32,000 nucleotides of DNA, from assembly GCF_000010625.1 (NCBI RefSeq), contig NC_010296.1:2010001-2042000 (forward strand). Direction: 5' to 3'. Source of the DNA: Microcystis aeruginosa NIES-843 (GTDB lineage: Bacteria; Cyanobacteriota; Cyanobacteriia; Cyanobacteriales; Microcystaceae). Positions 24,706-32,000 of the stretch are shown here, piece by piece. Made by a program: the position numbers and the translations under genes. How positions within the stretch are numbered: the stretch's first letter is position 1; every line of letters begins with the position of its first letter. A model generated the notes under the pieces. The model made no database searches and was not told where the DNA came from. It saw nothing but the letters and a program-made list of their open reading frames with translations.

Positions 24706-27700
24706 TTGTTCTCAACGGATACGACATTCTTGCCCAAATCTACGAAAGTGTTAACTCAGAAGTCTATCGGGCCATTCGCATCGCCGATAATCAACCGGTT
24801 ATGCTCAAAATCCTCAAGCAAGAATATCCAACCGCACAAGAACTAACCCACTACAAACAGGAGTATAAAACCATCTGCGGCCTGAACTTCGAGGGGGCGA
24901 TTAAAGCCTATGGTTTAGAAACCTACCGCAGAACTCCCGTGATTATTTTGGAAGATTTCGGGGGTATATCCTTAAAAAAATGGCTAGAGGGCAAACCCCT
25001 GGCCTTAAGGGACTTTTTAAGCCTTGCACCCCGAATAGTGGCTAATTTAGAGAAAATTCACAACGCCAAGGTTATTCACAAAGATATTAATCCTGCCAAT
25101 ATAGTTCTTAACCCCGAAACCGGACAAATTAAAATCATCGATTTTGGCATTGCCAGCGTCCTGCGGCGGGAAAATCCGGGGCTAAAAAATCCCAACGTCC
25201 TTGAGGGGACTTTAGCCTATATTTCTCCGGAACAAACCGGACGGATGAATCGCAGTCTCGATTACCGCACGGATTTTTATTCCTTGGGCGTTAGCTTCTA
25301 CGAACTTCTCACCGGACAATTACCTTTTCGGGCTAAAGATGCTTTGGAATTAGTTCACTGTCATCTGGCAAAACAACCTCTGGAGATTAATAGTCTCGTC
25401 AGGGAGAAAATTCCCCCGGTGGTGGAGGCAATCATCAGGAAACTGATGGCTAAAACCCCCGAGGAACGATACCAAAGTGCCTATGGTATTCGGGCAGATT
25501 TAGAAGAATGTTTAAGACAACTAGAAACAACGGGTAAAATTGAGGATTTTGTCATCGCTGGGCAAGATCTAGCCAATCAGTTCCAAATTCCCCAAAAACT
25601 CTACGGTAGGGAGGCGGAAATCGCCACTCTCCTCACTGCTTTTCAACGGGTAGCCACCGCAGATAAAAACTCCTCTCACACCGAACTGATGCTAGTTACG
25701 GGTTATTCTGGCATGGGTAAAACCACCCTGGTTAGGGAAATTTACCAGCCAATTACTGAAAAACGCGGCTTTTTTATCTCCGGTAAATTTGACCAATTTC
25801 AGCGCGATACTCCCTACGCTGCCGTGGTTAGCGCTTTGACTCATCTCGTCAAGCAACTTTTGGGGGAAAGTCAACCACAACTGGAACTATGGCGACAAAA
25901 ACTCCTCAAGTCTTTGGGGGCGAATGCACGGGTTATTATTGATGTGATTCCTGAACTAGAATTAATTATCGGTCCACAACCAGAGGTGTTACAATTAGGA
26001 GCGATCGCTACTCAAAATCGCTTTAATTTAGTCTTTAAAAATTTTATTCGGGTCTTTTGTTCCCCGGAACACCCCTTAGTCATCTTTCTCGATGATTTGC
26101 AATGGGCAGACTTGGCTAGTCTCCAGTTAATAGAATTAATTATGCTCGATGGCGATATGGACTATTTGTTTTTAATTGGCTCCTATCGCAGTAATGAAAT
26201 TAATTCCACCCATCCCCTAACCGCTACTCTCGATAAATTAGAGCAGGGGGGCATAATTATCAATCAAGTTATTTTAAGACCTCTAGGTCCTGCACAGGTC
26301 AATCAGTTAATTGCTGACACCTTAAATCATTCACCAGAATATGTGCAATCTTTGGCCGCTTTAGTCTGGCAAAAAACCCACGGTAATCCTTTTTTTGTCA
26401 ATGAATTTCTCAAAACTATCTACTGGGAAAATTTGCTATTTTTCCAACTGGAGCAGGAAAAAACCACTAAAACCGACAATAATAGGGGTTATTGGCAATG
26501 GCATCTCGGTCAAATTCAAAGGATTGGTAGTACCGATAATCTGATTCAATTTATGGTCGGTAAAATGCAGAAATTGCCCCCCGAAACCCAGGAAATTTTA
26601 AGTTTAGCAGCTTGTCTTGGGCCAGAGTTTAATTTATATAGTCTGGCAGTAATCTCTGAAAAATCACCTCCAGAACTTTTACCAATTTTAACTTCTAGTA
26701 GCGAAGCTGGTTTAATTATTCCCCTCTCAGAATTGGATGAACAATTACTGATTCAAGAATATAAATTTGCTCATGATCGCATTCAACAAGGAGCTTACGC
26801 TCTCATCGAAGACAGCAAAAAATCTTTAATTCATTTAAAAATTGGTCGCCTCCTTTGGCAGCATACATCTGTCAACGAATTATCGGAAAAGATTTTTAAA
26901 ATAGTCGATCATCTCAATCTTGGTTATCGACTAATTAGCGAGGAAAAAGAACGAGAGTCAGTGGCTAACTTGAATTTACTAGCAGCCCAAAAGGCAAAAG
27001 CCGCTAATGCCCAAACTGGAGCCTTAAAATATATTAAAATCGCTCAAAAACTTCTCAAAAAATCCAGCTGGAAAAATAACTATCAACTGACTTTAAATAT
27101 TTATTCTGAAGCCACAGAAATCGCCTATTTAAGTGGGAACTTTGAGCAGATGCAACGCTGGGCTAATCTCGTATTAAAACAGGCAAAAACAACCCTAGAT
27201 AAGGTTAAAGTTTATGAAGTCATCATCGAAGCCTATCACGCCCAAAATCAAGAACTAAAAGCGGTAGAAATTGGTTTATCCGTCCTCAAAAGCCTAGATT
27301 TCGAGATTCCTGAATCCTTACAATCATCAGATATTCAAAAAGAACTAACTAAAACCAGACAAAAATTAGCGGGTAAAAATATCAAAGATTTAATTAATTT
27401 ACCGCCGATAAATGAAGAAGAAAAATTAGCAATCATGAAGATAGCAAGTGCCATATTTTCTCCTGTTTATATTGCCGCCCCTCATCTCTTACCCATCCTA
27501 GTATCAAAACAGGTTAACTTATCAATTGAATACGGCAATAGTTATCTAGCGGCTTTTACTTATGTCAATTATGGCTTAATTCTTTGTGGTCTTTTAGAAG
27601 ATTGGGAAACGGGTTATCAATTTGGACGATTAGCTTTAAACATTGCTGATAAATTTCATGCCAAAGCCCTGATGCCGAAAATAATTGCCGTCTTTTCCGC

Positions 27701-30700
27701 CACTATTAGTATCTGGAAAGAACCGATTAAAAATTCCCTGTCCTTGTTAAAATCTTCCTATCAAACCGGTTTAGAAATGGGCGATCTCTACTACGGAACA
27801 ACCTGCGCCTATCTTTACTGTTTTCATTCCGCCTTTATCGGACAGGAATTAACCGAATTAGCCCAAGAAATAGCTAACTATGATCTGGCTTTTGTTAAGC
27901 TCAAACAAGAAAACCCCCGCAACTATCTAAAAATCTATGGTCAAACAGTTTTAAATCTGCTGAGGCACTCGGAAAATCCCGGTCATTTAGAAGGACAGTA
28001 CTATCAAGAAACTCTTATGTTACCGTACCATCTAGAGGCTAATGATCTCTTCGGTCTCTGTGCTTTATTTGTTAATAAATTATACCTTTGTTATCTATTT
28101 GGACAGTACGAACCAGCCATTGAAAATGCTAACCAAGCCCAAAATTATCTAGGGGGAGCTACCGCTACTTTATTGATTCCTCTGCATAATTTCTATGATT
28201 CCCTCGCCCATTTAGCTATTTATAATCATCTGGATAATGACCAAAAACAGCAAGTATTAGAACGGGTGACGAATAATCAGAAAAAGCTACGGGAATGGGC
28301 TAATCAAGCACCCCCTAACTATCTCCATAAATTTTATTTAGTGGCAGCGGAAAAGGATCGGGTGCAGGAATCCTATCTAGAAGCCATAGAAAACTACGAT
28401 CTAGCCATCGCTAAAGCCAAGGAAAATGAATACATTAATGAAGAGGCACTGGCTAACGAACTAGCGGCGAAATTCTATCTCGATTGGGGTAAAGTAAAAA
28501 TTGCCAAAACCTACATCAATGAAGCTGCTTATCTCTATTCTCTTTGGGGAGCAACAGCTAAAGTCAAAGATATAGAAAGCCGTTATTCTCAGTTAATGGT
28601 CAATAATTATGGTTCCAATTCCCTGACCGAAACTAGGAGAACTTCCACCAGAAAAAATTCAGCTAGTCATTCGGGAGAACTGTTAGATTTAGCCACGATT
28701 ATGAAGGCCTTCCAAGCCATTTCTAGCGAGATAGTTTTAGATAAATTACTCGCCACCCTGATGAAAATTCTCATCGAAAATGCTGGGGCGCAGCTGGGCT
28801 ATCTTATCCTAGAAAGCGGCGGACAACTATTGATCGAAGCCTCCGGTTCGGTGCAGGAAGATGGGGTGACAGTCTTTAAATCTAATGCCATCGAAGAACA
28901 TCTTCCCGTCTCAATTATTAACTATGTAGCCCGGAGCGGTCAAACCGTTCTTAATGACGATGCTGCCCATGAGGGCAATTTTAGCAATGATTCCTATATT
29001 AAAACCCATCAAACCAAATCCCTGCTCTGTTCGCCCCTCCTCGACCAAGGACAACTGCGGGGAATTGTCTATCTAGAAAATAATCTCACCGTCGGGGCTT
29101 TTACCCAAGAAAGATTGGAAGTGCTGCAACTGCTCTCCAGCCAAGCGGCGATCGCAATTACTAACGCCAAACTCTACGCCGAAATCAAAGCCAAACAGAG
29201 ACAACTAGCGCAATTTTTAGAAGCGATGCCAGTGGGGGTATTCGTCCTCGATGCTGGCAGTCAACCCTATTATGCCAATCAAACCGCCCAAGAGATTTTA
29301 GGCAAAGAGATAGTTAATATCACCACGGCTAATCAGTTGGGGGAAACCTATCAGTTATATCAAGCTGGAACCGATCGATTGTATCCCACAGAATACCATC
29401 CGATTGTCCGAGCTTTAAGGGGGGAAAAAAACACGATGGATGATCTAGAAATTCACCAAGGAGAGAAGATTATTCCCCTAGAAGTGTATGCCACGCCCGT
29501 TTTTGACGAAAAAGGAGAAATTATCTATGCGATCACCGCTTTTACCGATATTACCGAACGAAAACAGGCGGAAGCGGAACGGATTCGCTTTACCGAAGAA
29601 TTAGCCGAGTATAGCCGCACCCTAGAACAGAAAGTGCAGGAGCGCACCCTAGAACTCAGCCAAACCCTAGAAATTCTCAAGGCCACCCAAGCAGAATTAC
29701 TGTTTGAAAACGAACTCCTCAAAACTAACGAACAATCTAGCACCTTTGACTACCAAGTGGGGGGCAGTTTACCCATGGATGCCCCCACCTACGTGGTCCG
29801 CGCCGCCGACCGTTATCTCTATAAAGCCCTCAAACGGGGCGATTTTTGCTATGTTCTCAATCCCCGTCAAATGGGTAAGTCTAGTTTAATGGTACGCATG
29901 ATCGACCACCTCCAACACGAGGGGGTCTGTTGCGCTCCCATTGATTTAACCCGCATCGGCAGCGAAAATGTCACTCCCGACCAATGGTACAAGGGGATAG
30001 CCTTCGAGTTAGGGCGACGTTTTGGACTGCTCAAAAGGGTCAATCTCAAAGCTTGGTGGCAAGAACGGGAAGATGTCTCGGCAGTACAGCGCTTGGGCGA
30101 ATTTATCGAAGAAGTGTTATTGCTGGAAGTGGGGATCGTGGAAGGTTCTCCCCCGAAACCGATCGCGATTTTTATCGATGAAATTGATAGCGTTTTGGGC
30201 TTAAATTTCGCGGTTAATGACTTTTTTGCCCTGATTCGTTCCTGCTATAACCAGCGTGGTTTTAACCCGCTCTATCGGCGTTTGACCTTCGCTTTCTTCG
30301 GTGTTGTCACCCCCTCCGATTTAATTACCGACCACCAAATCACTCCTTTTAATATCGGTCATTCGATTCAATTGGAGGGTTTTAAGGAACACGAAGCCCA
30401 GCCTTTACTGCGCGGATTGGCCGAGAAAGTTAGTAACCCGCAAACTGTCTTAAAAGAAGTCTTTGCTTGGACAAACGGTCAACCTTTTCTGACCCAAAAA
30501 CTCTGTCAGTTAATTCGCACCGCCGCCTCGCCGATTCCCCCCAATGGTGAGGCCTCCTGGATTGAGGACTTGGTACAGAAGAAGATCATTGACAATTGGG
30601 AGGCTCAGGATGAACCGGAACATCTGCGGACTATTCGCGATCGGCTTCTCAACAGTCATCGCTCCCAGTTGCTCCTGAAACTCTATGAACGGATTTTAAG

Positions 30701-30854
30701 GGAAAAAGAGGTAATTTCCGAGGATAGCCCTCCAGAAAAAGAGTTACTTTTATCGGGGTTAGTGATCAAAGACCAAGGCCGGCTGCTGGTCCATAATCCC
30801 ATCTATCAAGCAATCTTTAACCCCCATTGGCTGGCCCTGGCAAAATCAACCTAA
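24702..30854 (+). CDS. 2050-aa multidomain protein: Ser/Thr kinase + AAA_16 NTPase + helical/TPR-like region + GAF + PAS + coiled coil + C-terminal AAA_35 NTPase
   Basis: Kinase: [12 protein letters not shown] (H126/D128), DFG (D147), SPEQ. AAA_16: Walker [10 protein letters not shown] (nt 25701-27), Walker [15 protein letters not shown] about nt 28680-29190. PAS about 29215-29560 (..[14 protein letters not shown]). Coiled coil to about 29740. AAA_35: [50 protein letters not shown] (Walker A nt 29871-82), Walker [16 protein letters not shown] overlap with the upstream gene. Confidence 0.75.
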   Translation: MIVLNGYDILAQIYESVNSEVYRAIRIADNQPVMLKILKQEYPTAQELTHYKQEYKTICGLNFEGAIKAYGLETYRRTPVIILEDFGGISLKKWLEGKPLALRDFLSLAPRIVANLEKIHNAKVIHKDINPANIVLNPETGQIKIIDFGIASVLRRENPGLKNPNVLEGTLAYISPEQTGRMNRSLDYRTDFYSLGVSFYELLTGQLPFRAKDALELVHCHLAKQPLEINSLVREKIPPVVEAIIRKLMAKTPEERYQSAYGIRADLEECLRQLETTGKIEDFVIAGQDLANQFQIPQKLYGREAEIATLLTAFQRVATADKNSSHTELMLVTGYSGMGKTTLVREIYQPITEKRGFFISGKFDQFQRDTPYAAVVSALTHLVKQLLGESQPQLELWRQKLLKSLGANARVIIDVIPELELIIGPQPEVLQLGAIATQNRFNLVFKNFIRVFCSPEHPLVIFLDDLQWADLASLQLIELIMLDGDMDYLFLIGSYRSNEINSTHPLTATLDKLEQGGIIINQVILRPLGPAQVNQLIADTLNHSPEYVQSLAALVWQKTHGNPFFVNEFLKTIYWENLLFFQLEQEKTTKTDNNRGYWQWHLGQIQRIGSTDNLIQFMVGKMQKLPPETQEILSLAACLGPEFNLYSLAVISEKSPPELLPILTSSSEAGLIIPLSELDEQLLIQEYKFAHDRIQQGAYALIEDSKKSLIHLKIGRLLWQHTSVNELSEKIFKIVDHLNLGYRLISEEKERESVANLNLLAAQKAKAANAQTGALKYIKIAQKLLKKSSWKNNYQLTLNIYSEATEIAYLSGNFEQMQRWANLVLKQAKTTLDKVKVYEVIIEAYHAQNQELKAVEIGLSVLKSLDFEIPESLQSSDIQKELTKTRQKLAGKNIKDLINLPPINEEEKLAIMKIASAIFSPVYIAAPHLLPILVSKQVNLSIEYGNSYLAAFTYVNYGLILCGLLEDWETGYQFGRLALNIADKFHAKALMPKIIAVFSATISIWKEPIKNSLSLLKSSYQTGLEMGDLYYGTTCAYLYCFHSAFIGQELTELAQEIANYDLAFVKLKQENPRNYLKIYGQTVLNLLRHSENPGHLEGQYYQETLMLPYHLEANDLFGLCALFVNKLYLCYLFGQYEPAIENANQAQNYLGGATATLLIPLHNFYDSLAHLAIYNHLDNDQKQQVLERVTNNQKKLREWANQAPPNYLHKFYLVAAEKDRVQESYLEAIENYDLAIAKAKENEYINEEALANELAAKFYLDWGKVKIAKTYINEAAYLYSLWGATAKVKDIESRYSQLMVNNYGSNSLTETRRTSTRKNSASHSGELLDLATIMKAFQAISSEIVLDKLLATLMKILIENAGAQLGYLILESGGQLLIEASGSVQEDGVTVFKSNAIEEHLPVSIINYVARSGQTVLNDDAAHEGNFSNDSYIKTHQTKSLLCSPLLDQGQLRGIVYLENNLTVGAFTQERLEVLQLLSSQAAIAITNAKLYAEIKAKQRQLAQFLEAMPVGVFVLDAGSQPYYANQTAQEILGKEIVNITTANQLGETYQLYQAGTDRLYPTEYHPIVRALRGEKNTMDDLEIHQGEKIIPLEVYATPVFDEKGEIIYAITAFTDITERKQAEAERIRFTEELAEYSRTLEQKVQERTLELSQTLEILKATQAELLFENELLKTNEQSSTFDYQVGGSLPMDAPTYVVRAADRYLYKALKRGDFCYVLNPRQMGKSSLMVRMIDHLQHEGVCCAPIDLTRIGSENVTPDQWYKGIAFELGRRFGLLKRVNLKAWWQEREDVSAVQRLGEFIEEVLLLEVGIVEGSPPKPIAIFIDEIDSVLGLNFAVNDFFALIRSCYNQRGFNPLYRRLTFAFFGVVTPSDLITDHQITPFNIGHSIQLEGFKEHEAQPLLRGLAEKVSNPQTVLKEVFAWTNGQPFLTQKLCQLIRTAASPIPPNGEASWIEDLVQKKIIDNWEAQDEPEHLRTIRDRLLNSHRSQLLLKLYERILREKEVISEDSPPEKELLLSGLVIKDQGRLLVHNPIYQAIFNPHWLALAKST

Positions 30855-30946
30855 TACTAAATCCTGTTTAAAAGGCATAGGATAGTGGGAAGTTAAAGTT
30901 GGATTGGGAGTTAATCAAACTATTAAAAACGGATTTGCTAAGTAAT

Positions 30947-31059
30947 GGAGGTAATATAGCGTTTTTCAGTCTGCTGAGGTACAAAAGTTATGGGTTTTAG
31001 GCAAAAGGGAAGAAAAATATGTGTACCTCACTAACTTAGGAAACGCTATATATTACCTC
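30947..31059. repeat. 113-bp long imperfect palindrome (hairpin MITE-like)
   Basis: ggaggtaatatagcgttt (30947-64) pairs with aaacgctatatattacctc (31041-59). Inner arms are tgaggtaca / tgtacctca. Confidence 0.65.
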
Positions 31060-31177
31060 GTTCTTAGGTTCTACTGGGGAACGCTATGGGGAGCATCTCA
31101 CTCTTGTAACCCCTAAATCAGGTTTCATGTCAAGCTATTTTGAAAGCCTTGCTAGAAACCAGTTTTAGAGACAAGTA

Positions 31178-31414
31178 TAATTAGGACTTGCTGAATAATG
31201 GTAAAACCCTTTGAAAATAAGGCTTTTGACCTGTTAAAATCTGATGTTAGTGCAAGAAAATAGGATTGGGACATTCAAAAACCTTGCATTATTCTCCTTA
31301 TAGTACATAAACTGGTACAAAAAAAGAGGGCAACAAAGCCTGAAACGACCGACTCCTGACTCCTGACTCCTGACTCCTACCCCCACGAAAAACTTTTTCA
31401 GCAAACCCTAATTA
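31178..31414 (-). mobile_element. MITE, TAATTAGG.. family (copy C, inverted relative to 7320-7566), nested in a second IR pair
   Basis: Its reverse complement aligns end to end with 7320-7566. Flanked by ggggagcatctca (31088-31100) and tgagatgctccc (31429-31440), i.e. probably inserted into another small IR element. Confidence 0.8.
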
Positions 31415-31549
31415 CTAGCTTGCATAAATGAGATGCTCCCTGGAGATTCGTGCGATCGCTCTGTATAATCAATGATCCCGAACCTTGGTGATTAAAAAAG
31501 CGTTAATTGCTTTTTTATCACTGTTCTCTGCTTGAGAGAGAAAAAAACC

Positions 31550-32000
31550 TTAACCGAGTAGTATTGACTCCCCCCTCATCACCCCAGCAATTTGTCGGTC
31601 TAACTGTTCTAAATTTTCCGCTGGTTCAAGGCAGCATAACCCTTGACAAATTAACCCAAATGTGCTAGAGGGCAAACTGGCATCGACTCGATACACCGCA
31701 GTGGGCAAATAGCGACTTAACAGCGACTCGATCGAGCTTTCCGGGGCGCGCAGACAGAAACCGTGACGATAGTGATCGAGGGCAACAAATAAACTGGGGC
31801 AAGCGGTGGGGGACTCTTCTAGGATGGTACTAAAAGATTGCAAGGCCTTTTCGGCCCGATCGAGATATTCTAGATTTTCCGTCAATCGCGACAGACGCAA
31901 TAAATTAGCGATCGCAATTCCGTTGGCCGAAGGGGTGGCATTATCCGTATAACCCCGTTCTCGCACGATCAGATCGAGACTATGATCAGAAGCAGTATTA
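31550..32000 (-). CDS. Thioredoxin-domain (DUF255/YyaL, SPATA20-like) protein, C-terminal part; gene continues past the window end
   Basis: The frame stays open upstream of the track start, to position 32000 (..NTASDHSLDLIVRERGYTDNATPSANGIAIANLLRLSRLTENLEYLDRAEKAL). The PSANG...LLRLS..T.....YL..AE+ pattern is typical of the C-terminal six-hairpin glycosidase-like domain of this family. Confidence 0.6.
   Translation of the reverse strand, partial: NTASDHSLDLIVRERGYTDNATPSANGIAIANLLRLSRLTENLEYLDRAEKALQSFSTILEESPTACPSLFVALDHYRHGFCLRAPESSIESLLSRYLPTAVYRVDASLPSSTFGLICQGLCCLEPAENLEQLDRQIAGVMRGESILLG

Noticed and set aside
25692-30204. Six short ORFs inside or antisense to the 2050-aa gene, plus similar ones elsewhere (6442-6633, 8809-9039, 11101-11346, 12317-12499, 14000-14289, 21947-22177, 24542-24727).
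   Set aside because: All are nested in long ORFs with strong domain signatures. They are typical shadow ORFs.

Overview
The window looks like an accessory-rich stretch of a cyanobacterial chromosome. It has several HIP1 GCGATCGC sites, heptameric STRR-type tandem repeats and many MITEs. The repeat repertoire resembles Microcystis, but that is inference only.

Gene content, left to right:
- 1-390: a partial ISAzo13-like IS that has truncated a methyltransferase-like gene. That gene ends a four-gene phospholipid operon (PlsC-like acyltransferase, CdsA, CDP-alcohol phosphatidyltransferase; 326-2949, minus strand).
- 3002-4857: a 1.6-kb block bracketed by 122-bp direct repeats. It holds an ORF-free, G+C-rich, stem-rich segment and a DUF433/PIN-like toxin-antitoxin (TA) pair.
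- 4879-6293: three tandem DUF29 paralogs.
- 6337-12535: msrP with a MITE abutting its start codon, a cytochrome P450, and a TVP38/DedA gene split from a MerA-like flavoprotein by repeats and a MITE.
- 12557-20171: an IS1634-family IS followed by a TA island. The island holds vapBC, an IS630 copy needing a -1 frameshift, hicB with a MITE-disrupted hicA, mazEF and DUF433/DUF5615. Three cassette-like units in it are separated by a conserved co-oriented repeat.
- 21271-30854: the most unusual locus. It encodes an HTH-AAA_35 P-loop NTPase, a divergent carotenoid-oxygenase-like enzyme, and a translationally coupled 2050-aa protein. That protein is Ser/Thr kinase + AAA_16 + helical repeats + GAF + PAS + coiled coil, with a C-terminal AAA_35 NTPase where relatives carry a histidine kinase. 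Heptamer arrays with G-quadruplex potential bracket and interrupt the locus.
- 30855-32000: nested MITEs and the 3' part of a DUF255/thioredoxin-domain gene.

I recognised no rRNA, tRNA or CRISPR array. All family calls come from motif recognition by eye, not database searches.
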